Assembly (NCBI GenBank): GCA_965250285.1
Contig: OZ252299.1
Coordinates: forward strand, 2,112,001-2,176,000
Direction: 5' to 3'
Source of the DNA: Myxococcota bacterium
Lineage (GTDB): Bacteria > Myxococcota_A > UBA9160 > UBA4427
Length of the DNA stretch: 64,000 nucleotides
Shown here: positions 1-9,097 of the stretch, in pieces
Layout of the letters: every line of letters begins with the position of its first letter
Numbering within the stretch: position 1 is the stretch's first letter
The notes under the pieces: generated by a model
Database searches by the model: none
What the model saw: only the letters and a program-made list of their open reading frames with translations
What the model was told of the DNA's origin: nothing
Made by a program: the position numbers and the translations under genes

Positions 1-324
1 CTTTCGCCTCTTCATTGCCTTTCGCCTCTCCTTCGCCTACCTCTGTTCACGCTGCGCCCCAGCAGCACTCCCGGAGGGTCACCCCTGATGAGGGACCGGC
101 GACGCAGACCCCGCGAGCGCGATGCTCGTCGAGGTCGGGATCGAGCGCACGGACAGAGCCGGGCCGCTTCCGCCGAAGCGACTCGCGCTCGATGGGCTCA
201 TCCCTCGACGCGGCGCGTCTCGAGTTGCGTCGGCGCCCTCTCCAGATGGCTTCGGGATACGCGGGCGGTGGAGGAACCCCAACCCCAATCACCCAGCCCC
301 TCCGCCGCCCGCGTTCTGCTTTTC

Positions 325-497
325 CTACGCCGCTGTTTCGACGCCCCTGTCTCTACGCCCCTCTCCTCTGCGCTCCTTTCTCTACGCCCCTCTCCTCTAC
401 GCCCCTCTCTCTACGCCCCTCTGGCGAGACGCCCGTGATCCGCCGCCCCTGTTTCTACGCCCCTGTGTCTACGCACCTCTCTTCCGCGCCCTCTGGC
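325..497. repeat. Imperfect tandem array of ~12 copies of a 14-15 bp unit (consensus CTACGCCCCTCTCT / CTACGCCCCTGTTT)
   Basis: CTACGCCCCT-like cores recur every 14-15 bp; pyrimidine-rich on +, GAGGGGCGTAG on -; no unique spacers. Confidence 0.85.
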
Positions 498-1276
498 GAA
501 GTCATGTGCCGGCTGAGGGGCGCAGTCTGGCGGCGTGCAGCTTCGGTTCAACCCACCCCCCGACGATCCGTTCACATCCCCATGGCCCGGGCCGCCGCGT
601 GCGGCCCCGGTCCCGATCAGGAGCAACGCCGATGACCCTTCGCAGCCGAGTGAACCAGCGAAGTCAGCACCCCGTCGCCCGCGCCGAACGCGTCGCCAGC
701 CGACCCTCGAGGCCCCTCGAATCGGGCGCAGTCCTCTCCGATTCGCTGCTGAATGACGCACCTCGGCCCCGATCGCGCGCCCGGTCGTGCGCGGCGGCCA
801 AGGCGCCCCTCCTCGGCACTGCGACGCGGTGGGATGCGCCGTGCTCTTCGTTTCGAACGCCGGCGAAGGCACAGGCTCTTGCCGCTGTCCGACGCCCGGT
901 GCTCTCGGCCGTGCCGGTCGACTGGAGTGCCGTCCGCTCGGTCGCAGGCGACTGACTGAGCCACGAGGGTCGCGCGCCCGGCTGAGTGCGAAGCACCGGG
1001 CATCGTTTGCCTCACCGAGCGGGGGGCGTCGTCGGGCGATTCTCATCGTCTAATTCCCGTGTCGAATCCGAACGATCACCGCGCGGCGATCGCCTCGGAC
1101 GACTCAGGGCCGGCTGAGCGGCAATCAAGCGACACGGCCGTCGCCAGTTGGCCGATCTCTGCAGGCTGACCGAGATCGCTCAACGTGATGCCTGCGTGAT
1201 CAATTCATGGTTTGAGGTGACGAATGGTCCCGAAGCGCAGCTGGGCTGGCATACTGCAATCATCCGGAGGTTGTTC

Positions 1277-1573
1277 ATGCCGCAGCGAGTCGAGACCCAG
1301 CCCGTCCCCGAGACCACGTGTGTCACGAACGTGACGACGACCGAGCCGGCGCGGGGCGACACCTATCTTTCGAGCCTGGCCCTGTTCGCGGCGTTGGCGC
1401 TTGCGCTCGCCGCCTTCTGCCTCGTCGTCGTTCAGAGAGGCGACCAAGGCGGGACGAGCGACCCGACGACGCTCGAAGCGCGCGCTCCGACGCTCGACGG
1501 GGTCGATCCGCGAGGCTTGGACCGATCGAGCCGCGCGGTGGCCGCACGGTCCGGCCTGGTGCGCCCCTACTGA
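1277..1573 (+). CDS. Small hypothetical membrane protein (98 aa, one TM helix)
   Basis: GGAGG RBS 6 bp before ATG 1277; hydrophobic stretch LALFAALALALAAFCLVVV. Confidence 0.6.
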   Translation: MPQRVETQPVPETTCVTNVTTTEPARGDTYLSSLALFAALALALAAFCLVVVQRGDQGGTSDPTTLEARAPTLDGVDPRGLDRSSRAVAARSGLVRPY

Positions 1574-1595
1574 GATCGCCCCAAGCGCCCAAGCT

Positions 1596-1994
1596 TCATT
1601 CGAGCGTCTCGACCGCATCGACCACGAGGGTGATGCCGTCGAGCCGGCACACCCGCGCCTGGTCGCCCGACTCGAGCGGCGTCTCGCGCGCGTCGACCAG
1701 CCGCGCACGCCAGCGTTCGGTGCCCGCCACGACGTAGCCGTCGCGACGTGGCTCGATCGTCTCGACGACGCGAACGTGGCTGCCGATGAGCTCGCTCGCG
1801 CCGTGCGTCGGCCCGGGCTCGTAGGCGCGTTTCGTGAGCGGGAACAGCACGAAATCCTTCGCGACGAAGAGGCCGAAGAGCGTCCACGCGAGCACCGGGT
1901 CGAGCCACTCGAAGCGCACCGCGCCGTAGGCGACGACGAAGGCGACTGCCCAACCAACCGCCTCGAAGGCGACGAATCTCCAGAAGATGCTCAT
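1596..1994 (-). CDS. NfeD-family membrane protein (two TM helices plus C-terminal OB-fold)
   Basis: MSIFWRF...; LIGSHVRVVE...GYVVAGTERWRAR...GDQARVCRLDGITLVV resembles the NfeD C-terminal pattern. Confidence 0.75.
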   Translation of the reverse strand: MSIFWRFVAFEAVGWAVAFVVAYGAVRFEWLDPVLAWTLFGLFVAKDFVLFPLTKRAYEPGPTHGASELIGSHVRVVETIEPRRDGYVVAGTERWRARLVDARETPLESGDQARVCRLDGITLVVDAVETLE

Positions 1995-2142
1995 CGGGCT
2001 CCATCCTAGGGCAGCCCTTCGCGCACGGCGGCACTGCGCGCTTCCACCCGAGCTCATGCCGAGTCGGACTCTGGGTCGATCGCCCGTCGATCGCGCGGCC
2101 TTCGGGCGGGGCGCATCGCGGTGCGCGCGGCGAACGTTCGAT

Positions 2143-3006
2143 TCAGGGAGCGGCCGTGGCGCCCTGCCGGGCGCCATCGACGTCGACATCGACCACGATC
2201 GCGCTGTGGTCGCTGCCCGGCACGTGGACGACCCGGAAGTCGTCGACCTCGACGCCATCGATCATCGCATGGTCGATCCGCAGCAGACGCGGCGATCCAG
2301 ACCAGGGGCCCCAGGTATTGCGGGGCCGCTCGCCCTGGCGACGGGCCACGAGCGAGGCTGCGTCGCTCAGGTGCGCAGCGATGCGGCGGTAGACGGGCCA
2401 GACCGGCGTCGCATTGAAGTCGCCGACGAGCACCCGCTGCGTGGGCCCGCGGCGTCGCCCGAGCCAAGGCACCAGATCTCGCATCTGGCGCACGCGGAGC
2501 GCCAGACCGAGCCGGGGGCGCATCGTGTGTGGCGCGGCCATATGCAGATTCGCCAGTTCGAGGGGCATCGAGAGGTCGGGCCACTCACCGGGGTCGAGGG
2601 TGGCCACGCGGAGATCTCGGCAGGCGAGCGGCACGCGATGGATCTTGGCGGGACGCCTGAGCGCGATGCCCATCCCCGTGAAGTGCTCGTCGGGATGCAG
2701 CTCGCCGTGGGGCATGACCCGGGCGAGCGCGTCGGCCTGAGCGGGCGTCAGCTCCTGAACGCAGACGGCATCGACCGCGAGCGCCGCCACCAGATCGGCG
2801 AAGGCCTCGGGATCGGCGCCGCCGTTCCAGAGGTTGGCAGACAGAATGCGAATCGACTGGCCCAACGGCGGCTCGGCTCCAGGTGAGAGGCGGCGGCGGC
2901 CCGTCGTTTGCGGTGCGACCACGCCCCTCCGCTCGAATCGACCACGCCGCGCGCCAACTGAAGCGCAAAGCCAGGCAGGATGCTCGGGCGAGGACTTCGT
3001 CGGCAT
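2143..3006 (-). CDS. Endonuclease/exonuclease/phosphatase (EEP) family protein; start uncertain
   Basis: Motifs ILSANL, VCVQEL, LVGDFNA, RIDH, GSDH. Confidence 0.85.
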   Translation of the reverse strand: MPTKSSPEHPAWLCASVGARRGRFERRGVVAPQTTGRRRLSPGAEPPLGQSIRILSANLWNGGADPEAFADLVAALAVDAVCVQELTPAQADALARVMPHGELHPDEHFTGMGIALRRPAKIHRVPLACRDLRVATLDPGEWPDLSMPLELANLHMAAPHTMRPRLGLALRVRQMRDLVPWLGRRRGPTQRVLVGDFNATPVWPVYRRIAAHLSDAASLVARRQGERPRNTWGPWSGSPRLLRIDHAMIDGVEVDDFRVVHVPGSDHSAIVVDVDVDGARQGATAAP

Positions 3007-3054
3007 GAGCGCACCGCGCGTGCACGCCACCCACCATCGATGCGCGGCCCCCCA

Positions 3055-3726
3055 CTAGGCGGCGACGTGCTCGCGCAGCCAGTCGTGCACCGGGAGCAGT
3101 CGTTTCATCCGGGTGGCACACCAGCCGACGAAGGCAGGCTTCGCGATGCTGGCGGGGAGCGGCTCCATGAAGCGCACCTGAAAGCCATTCATCCGCAGCA
3201 GCTCCTCGCGCGGATGATCGGCGGGCCAGGGGGCTGGCACCTTCTTGAGCATCTCACCGGCGGTCTCGCAACGACCCGCCCGTGCCCCCTTCTGCACGCG
3301 CCCGATCGCCTTCACGAGTGCTTGGCCGGGCCGCCCGCCGACGGCTTCTCGCCAGCGCGCACGCGCCTTCGTGTCGAAGCTCATGCCGCTCGCGAAGCCA
3401 ACGCCGTCGGCGTCGAGCCGCAGCCACAGGATCGGCGCCGTCTTCTTGTCGCGGCCCGACCACGTCGTGAGAAGCAGATGATCCTTGTACCGCGGGGTGT
3501 CGGCCTTCGCGAAGCGCAGATCCCGGTGCAGCGGCGAGACCGACGACCGGCGCACGACCGTGAGCTCGGCATCCAGCCGGTCGGCCAGCGCTTCGATGAG
3601 ATCACCGCCGGGGTCGACCAAGTCGCGCTTCAAGCGCTGCTTCACTGCGGCGTAGGCCTTCGCATCGAAGTCGGGCAGCGTGCGCAGCTGGGCCAACACG
3701 GTCGGGTCGAAGCCTTCGAACGGCAT
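3055..3726 (-). CDS. DUF2461 family protein
   Basis: MPFEGF start; RDLRFAKADTPRYKDH motif; LKKVP...ADHPREELLR. Confidence 0.75.
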   Translation of the reverse strand: MPFEGFDPTVLAQLRTLPDFDAKAYAAVKQRLKRDLVDPGGDLIEALADRLDAELTVVRRSSVSPLHRDLRFAKADTPRYKDHLLLTTWSGRDKKTAPILWLRLDADGVGFASGMSFDTKARARWREAVGGRPGQALVKAIGRVQKGARAGRCETAGEMLKKVPAPWPADHPREELLRMNGFQVRFMEPLPASIAKPAFVGWCATRMKRLLPVHDWLREHVAA

Positions 3727-4217
3727 GGCACGCCTCCGGGTCTTGCTCGCATCGGCGCCCACGCGGCGCGGCGGGTCGGCTCGGGTGAACTCGCAGAGCC
3801 CCCCCCCGGCGTCGGCGATGGCTCGAACCGAAGCTACCCCGCCGCTGCAACCGGCGGACCTTGCGCCACGCGACCGAGGCCGACGCTCACCGTGCGACTC
3901 GACGCGCGGCTGTTTCGCAGCGATCGAATTCGTCGTCAGCGTGTCCCGGTCGGGCGGCGCACGGTCGCGTCGTCCCGATTCGAACGCAGTCTCACGCAGG
4001 GCACCGGGTCGACAACCCTACAAACGGCCGTTGCATGCGACGCGGGGGCCCCGCCTGATCGCGGCCCGCATCGCTGAGACGCTCGACGCGCTGACTCTCG
4101 ACGCCTTAGAGTCTGATTGTTTTCACCCACGCCGACTTTCTCTGATCCGATGCTCCATGCGATCTTCCGCCGCGCGCATTCGCAAAGAATTCGGTCCCCA
4201 CGTGGAAGGAAGCCGCC

Positions 4218-5261
4218 TTGTCCCAGCCCGCCGAGCACGGTCCCAGCCAGAACCGCACCGCCCCGCGCGCCAACAGCGGCGGCGACATGCGGACGGCCCT
4301 CGACGACTACTACGTGATGAAGGAGCTCGACGCCGATCAGCGGCCCGACGAGAAGGTCGAGGCGCAGCCGAATCTCGTCTCGCGCTACTACGACGTCGTC
4401 ACCCAGTTCTACGAGTACGCCTGGGGGCAGAGCTTCCACTTCTCGCCGCGCCAACCGGGCGAGAACCTCAAGACCTCACAGCGTCGCCAGGAGGAAGGGG
4501 TCGGCGAGCTCCTGCGCCTGAAGCCCGGCATGAAGGTCGCCGACATCGGCTGCGGCGTCGGTGGGCCGCTGGTGACGATCGGCAAGGCGACGGGAGCGAG
4601 CATCACGGGGCTCAACTTCAACGAGCACCAGATTGCACGCGGCCAGCAGATGGTGCGCAAGGCCGGGCTCGACGGCACGTGCGGCTTCCTGCTCGCGAAC
4701 TTCATGGACGTCCCGCTCGAAGACGGGCATTTCGACGCGATCTACTCGTTCGAAGCGATCTGCCACGCGCCCGATACCGGGCTGCTCTTCAAGGAGCTGT
4801 TCCGGCTGCTCAAGCCCGGCGGCGAGATCGCTGCGGTCGACTGGTGCCTGACCGAGCAGTTCGACGCGAGCAACCCCAAGCACGTCGACATTCGCGACCG
4901 CATCGAGTTCGCGAACGCGACGCCCGACCTGCTCACGCCCCAGCAGCAGCTCGACACGATGAAGGGCGCCGGGTTCGAGATCCTCTCCGCAACCGACCAG
5001 GCGGCGCAGAGCCATGCCGACACGCCCTGGTACATGGCGCTGCAGGGCCGCGACGTGTCGCTGGCCTCGCTGGCTCGTATCCCGGCCGGTCGAAGCTTCA
5101 CTTCGGGCGTGACATCGTTGCTCGAGAAGCTGCGCATCGCCCCGCCCGGCACGAGCGAGGCAGCGCAGCTGCTCAACGTCGCTGCCGACTCGCTCGTCGA
5201 AGGCGGCCAGCTCGGCCTCTTCACGCCGAGCTTCCTGGTCCATGCGCGAAAGCCCGAGTAG
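4218..5261 (+). CDS. Sterol C-24 methyltransferase (SMT/Erg6-like, SAM-dependent); TTG start, alternative ATG at 4287
   Basis: Region I FYEYAWGQSFHF, region II ADIGCGVGGP, region III YSFEAICHAP, region IV LKPGG, and SMT C-terminal LVEGGQLGLFTPSFLVHARKP. Confidence 0.9.
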   Translation: MSQPAEHGPSQNRTAPRANSGGDMRTALDDYYVMKELDADQRPDEKVEAQPNLVSRYYDVVTQFYEYAWGQSFHFSPRQPGENLKTSQRRQEEGVGELLRLKPGMKVADIGCGVGGPLVTIGKATGASITGLNFNEHQIARGQQMVRKAGLDGTCGFLLANFMDVPLEDGHFDAIYSFEAICHAPDTGLLFKELFRLLKPGGEIAAVDWCLTEQFDASNPKHVDIRDRIEFANATPDLLTPQQQLDTMKGAGFEILSATDQAAQSHADTPWYMALQGRDVSLASLARIPAGRSFTSGVTSLLEKLRIAPPGTSEAAQLLNVAADSLVEGGQLGLFTPSFLVHARKPE

Positions 5262-5273
5262 CGGAGAACCGGC

Positions 5274-6374
5274 TTGACCGAGGCCCGAGAGACCGACCGC
5301 GGCGCGGCACGCGACCACGATGTCCTGATCGTCGGCGGCGGCCCCGCCGGATCGACGTGTGCGCGGTTCGCAGTGCAGCACGGGCTCGACGTCGCCGTCG
5401 TCGAGCGCACGGGCATTCGACCGCCGAAGCACACGAGCGCTGGCATCTTCGATCACACCTGGAAGGCGCTCGAACTCTCGCCCGACGACTACCCGCACGC
5501 CATGCGGGCGCCGCACGCGTTCGAGTTCACGACGCTCAAGGATCGAGAGCAGCTCCCCGACGTGGTGCAGATCGTCGCGCCGAAGCTCAAGCGCCACGCG
5601 TACTTCCCCAACCGGGACGAGTTCGACATCTGGCTGCTCGAGCAGGCGCAGAAGTCGGGGGCGCTGGTCGTCCACGACGAGGTGGTGCGTCCGCACGACA
5701 TCGAACACGTGGAGAGCGACGCGGGGCACCGGTATCACGTGCGTGTCGGTCAAGAGGTGCACACCGCGCGCGTGCTGGTCGGCGCAGCGGGCACGCGTTG
5801 TCCGGTCTATCGCAAGTTCTTCGAGACCAGCGCGGGATGGCCCGGCCAGACCATGCTGCTGACCGAGGTCGAGGCACCCGAGAGCGAGTATCGGGGCCCG
5901 GCCTACGCGAGCTACTTCGGCTTCGCGAGCCCGGACGTGTTCGCCTGGACGTACGTCGTCGGCGATGGTCGCGTCCACATCGGCACGGCCGCGATTTCGA
6001 CCGAGAAGTCGACCAAGAAGGACATGCGCTTCGACGAGTTCCTCGACTTCCTGAAGGACGAGGACTACGTCGACCCCGACTTCGAGCCCAAGGATCATCA
6101 CACGAGCGGCGGCTCGATTCGCATGTTCGCGAAGTCCCCGATGGGTGTGCTGGACGGCACCTGCCATGTGATCGGCGATGCGGCCGGGCTACTCCAGTGC
6201 GACGCGTACAACGGCATCACGAACGCGATCCTCTCGGGCCGGCTGTGCGCCGACGCGATCGCGAAGGGCCAGCGTGAGCCGAAGCTGCGCAAGAAGCTGA
6301 ACCCGTACCTGTTCCAGGACGTGCTCCGCGACATGCTGAGCGGTCCGCTTCCGTTCCTGCGAAGATTCAAGTAG
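5274..6374 (+). CDS. FAD-dependent oxidoreductase, geranylgeranyl reductase family
   Basis: DVLIVGGGPAGS dinucleotide motif, RDEFD, IGDAAG...GITNAILSG. Confidence 0.85.
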   Translation: MTEARETDRGAARDHDVLIVGGGPAGSTCARFAVQHGLDVAVVERTGIRPPKHTSAGIFDHTWKALELSPDDYPHAMRAPHAFEFTTLKDREQLPDVVQIVAPKLKRHAYFPNRDEFDIWLLEQAQKSGALVVHDEVVRPHDIEHVESDAGHRYHVRVGQEVHTARVLVGAAGTRCPVYRKFFETSAGWPGQTMLLTEVEAPESEYRGPAYASYFGFASPDVFAWTYVVGDGRVHIGTAAISTEKSTKKDMRFDEFLDFLKDEDYVDPDFEPKDHHTSGGSIRMFAKSPMGVLDGTCHVIGDAAGLLQCDAYNGITNAILSGRLCADAIAKGQREPKLRKKLNPYLFQDVLRDMLSGPLPFLRRFK

Positions 6375-6410
6375 CGCCGGCCCCTCACACGGAGGTCCCT
6401 GCCCCCCGCC

Positions 6411-7607
6411 ATGCTCGACAAGCTCCTGCCTCGTCCGCTCAAGAAGCGCCGATCGAAGAAGCGCACGTCGGAAGCCGTCCGTCTCGACAGCTACCCGCCG
6501 CCGTACCCCGACGGCTGGTATCGACTGATGAACACCGACGACCTGGCGCCGGGCGAGGCCACGTACGTCGAGGCGCTCGGTCGCGAGCTGGTCGTTTGGC
6601 GAAGCGAAGACGGCGCCCGGCTCTCGGCCATGACCGCTTTCTGCCCCCATGTCGGGGCCAACCTCGCGCACGGCCAGGTCAGAGGCGATCGCATCGTCTG
6701 CCCGTTCCACGCGTGGGAGCTCACGGGCGACGGCCGCGTCGCCTGCGTGCCCTACAGCGACTCGACCCCGGGCCGCGCCCTCAACGAGAGCTTCCCCGTC
6801 GAGGACGTCCACGGCCAGGTCTTCGTCTATCACCGAGGCGGCGAGCGGCAGTCGAGCAGCGAAGCGCCGCCCTACCCGCCGCCCCGCATCCCCGACGTCG
6901 ACGCCGGCGACTTCGTGTACCGCGGCCAGTACGACGCCGGGCGCGTGCACATGCACATCATCGAGTTCGCCGAGAACAGCGTCGACTTTGCGCACTTCGA
7001 TCCGATCCACAGCCAGCTGCGGGTGCCGTGGACGAACGTCCCGATCCCCGGCTTCGAGATCGAACACATCGCCGGCTGGGAGCTCGACGAGGAGCGCCCG
7101 CACGTCAGCTACTTTCTCGACGAGGCCCGCGTCCACGCGTTCGGGCGGCCGCTCGAGAAGGCGAGCGCCAGCGCCGTTGCCACCTTCACCGGCCCGGGCA
7201 GCGTCGTGAACTTCCGCTTCGACATCCCCGACCTCGGCAAGATGGAGCTCATGCAGACGCACCTGCCTGTGGGGCCGCTCGAGCAGCAGGTGAACTTCCG
7301 CTGGTTCTCCGATCCGAAGATTCCGCGACCCGTTTCGTGGTACATCGTCGGCAACTGGATCAGTCAGTGGAAGCAGGACATCGACATCTGGGAGAACAAG
7401 GTCTACCTCGATCGCCCGATGCTCTCGAAGGACGACGGCCCGGTGCAGCGCATGCGGCGCTGGTACAAACAGTTCTACCCCGAGACGTCCCCTGTCGACC
7501 CGATGCCGGTGCGCCGCATCGGCCGCGAAGCCGATCGCGACGGAGCGCCGCAGCCCGCGAGCGACGCCGCCACCGCCGCCGCGCCCATCTCGGCGAGAAA
7601 GAGCTGA
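6411..7607 (+). CDS. Rieske non-heme iron oxygenase, Neverland/DAF-36 (sterol 7-desaturase)/KshA-like
   Basis: PPPYPDGWY; Rieske CPH...CPFH; mononuclear Fe motif ENSVDFAHFDPIH; C-terminal DIDIWENK...RRWYKQFY. Confidence 0.85.
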   Translation: MLDKLLPRPLKKRRSKKRTSEAVRLDSYPPPYPDGWYRLMNTDDLAPGEATYVEALGRELVVWRSEDGARLSAMTAFCPHVGANLAHGQVRGDRIVCPFHAWELTGDGRVACVPYSDSTPGRALNESFPVEDVHGQVFVYHRGGERQSSSEAPPYPPPRIPDVDAGDFVYRGQYDAGRVHMHIIEFAENSVDFAHFDPIHSQLRVPWTNVPIPGFEIEHIAGWELDEERPHVSYFLDEARVHAFGRPLEKASASAVATFTGPGSVVNFRFDIPDLGKMELMQTHLPVGPLEQQVNFRWFSDPKIPRPVSWYIVGNWISQWKQDIDIWENKVYLDRPMLSKDDGPVQRMRRWYKQFYPETSPVDPMPVRRIGREADRDGAPQPASDAATAAAPISARKS

Positions 7608-7609
7608 AC

Positions 7610-9049
7610 GTGGCCGCCACGACCGTTTCCGATTTCACCCAGCCGGCTTCGGCCTCTCGTCACCCGTGGCTTCGCCCCTGGGAGCGTCTGGTCGTGAAGC
7701 TCCGCAAGGGCCTCGGCCTCGCGCTGACGATCAACTTTCTGATTTTCTGGGCGGTGCCGATCTACGTGATGGGCGAGTCGTTCAACCGCTTTCTCCACTA
7801 CCTCTTGCGCCCAATCTACAACCTCGTCGACCGCAGCCCGCGCATTCGCACCTTCGCGCGCGAGCACGTCTACCGAAAAGAGGTCCACACCGACTACTTC
7901 GCGACGGCGCTCTTCTTCACCGCCGGCGCGGTGATCGCCCTGACGACGCTCTTCACCGTCCAGATCACGACGGGCGGACTGCCCTGGTGGCTGGTCGCGG
8001 CGTACTTCTTCTCGTGGGTCGGCTTCGGCGGTCGCGGCATGGGCGCGGCCTACACGTTCGCCCACCGCGAGGGCCACCTCGCCGGCGGCCGGATGTACAA
8101 GCCGTGGATCCGCGACCACATCGGCAATTTCTTCGAGAACTGGGGGGGCGTCTTCTACGGCGGGGTCCCGTACAACTTCTCGACGTCGCACAATCTGCTG
8201 CACCACCGCCTGAATGCCGGCAAGGGCGACCCCTTCTACATGTGGGATTTCGACCGAACCGACTTCTGGGGGCTGATGCTCTACCAATGGCGGATCTTCG
8301 TCTACATGACAGGCTGGAGCAGCCTGAAGGAGTTCCGCAAGCAACGCGACGTCAAGCGAATGGACGAGGCCTACCGCACGCTGCGCAAGGGCGCGCTGAT
8401 CTTCTGGGTGGCGACACCGTCGGTGATCCTCACGCTGCTGCTCGCCACGGGCAGCTCGCTGGGCGCAGCGCTGCTCTTCCTGTTCTTCGTGTGGTTCCAG
8501 CCGCTCTGCGCGATGTCGTTCTTTCTCGCGACGCTCAACATCGGCTTCCATGGCCTGATCGAGTTCGACGAGAACGGGCGCCACATCGAGTGCATCGCGG
8601 GCAGCACGATCCTCGGCGGCAAGGACGACTCGTTCGGCGAAGACGACCACATGGCCCATCACTACTTTGGCAACGTCGAGCACCGCGACCTGCCCGCGCA
8701 CCAGCACGACCAGGAGTCGCTCTGGGCCCGACACCACGCCACCGTCTTCAAGGAGCTCTCGATCATCGAGCTCGGCATCTTCATCCACTTCGGGCTGTGG
8801 GACATGCTGCTCGACAAGCACTACGTCGACTTTGCGGGCGATCTCAGCCGCGACGAGCTCAAGGCGCTGCTTCAAGCACGCGCCGAGCGCACCGAAATGG
8901 ACTACGAGGACTACGAATTCAGGTATCTACCGAACCTGCGCTCGACCGCACGTGAGCTCGTGCGCCGAGGCGTCTGCGAGACCGAGAACAAGGCCTACAT
9001 CTACCAGGCGCACCACAACGTGCAGTTCGATCTCAGCGTACCGAGCTGA
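7610..9049 (+). CDS. Membrane di-iron desaturase/hydroxylase (fatty acid desaturase superfamily), 479 aa
   Basis: His boxes HREGH, HNLLHH, HMAHH; several TM helices; GTG 2 bp after upstream stop. Confidence 0.8.
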   Translation: MAATTVSDFTQPASASRHPWLRPWERLVVKLRKGLGLALTINFLIFWAVPIYVMGESFNRFLHYLLRPIYNLVDRSPRIRTFAREHVYRKEVHTDYFATALFFTAGAVIALTTLFTVQITTGGLPWWLVAAYFFSWVGFGGRGMGAAYTFAHREGHLAGGRMYKPWIRDHIGNFFENWGGVFYGGVPYNFSTSHNLLHHRLNAGKGDPFYMWDFDRTDFWGLMLYQWRIFVYMTGWSSLKEFRKQRDVKRMDEAYRTLRKGALIFWVATPSVILTLLLATGSSLGAALLFLFFVWFQPLCAMSFFLATLNIGFHGLIEFDENGRHIECIAGSTILGGKDDSFGEDDHMAHHYFGNVEHRDLPAHQHDQESLWARHHATVFKELSIIELGIFIHFGLWDMLLDKHYVDFAGDLSRDELKALLQARAERTEMDYEDYEFRYLPNLRSTARELVRRGVCETENKAYIYQAHHNVQFDLSVPS

Positions 9050-9097
9050 GTCTCAGGCCGGCCGCGGGACCACGCGCGCAGGTCGCGGGCACCTCGC

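Noticed and set aside
85..125. CTGATGAG resembling a hammerhead ribozyme core
   Set aside because: No GAAA after a closing stem II and no compatible stems I/III found.
325..497. Possible CRISPR array
   Set aside because: Units are 14-15 bp and contiguous, with no spacers and no cas genes in the window.
1246..1260. TGGCATACTGC as a sigma-54 promoter
   Set aside because: The GG to GC spacing is too short for a -24/-12 element.
4200..4217. GGAAGGAAGC resembling SRP RNA domain IV
   Set aside because: The upstream CAGG half and the long hairpin are missing; better explained as the RBS of the SMT gene.
6596..9049. 817-aa ORF as one fused protein
   Set aside because: The first 338 codons overlap the Rieske gene out of frame and are Arg-rich noise; the real gene starts at GTG 7610.
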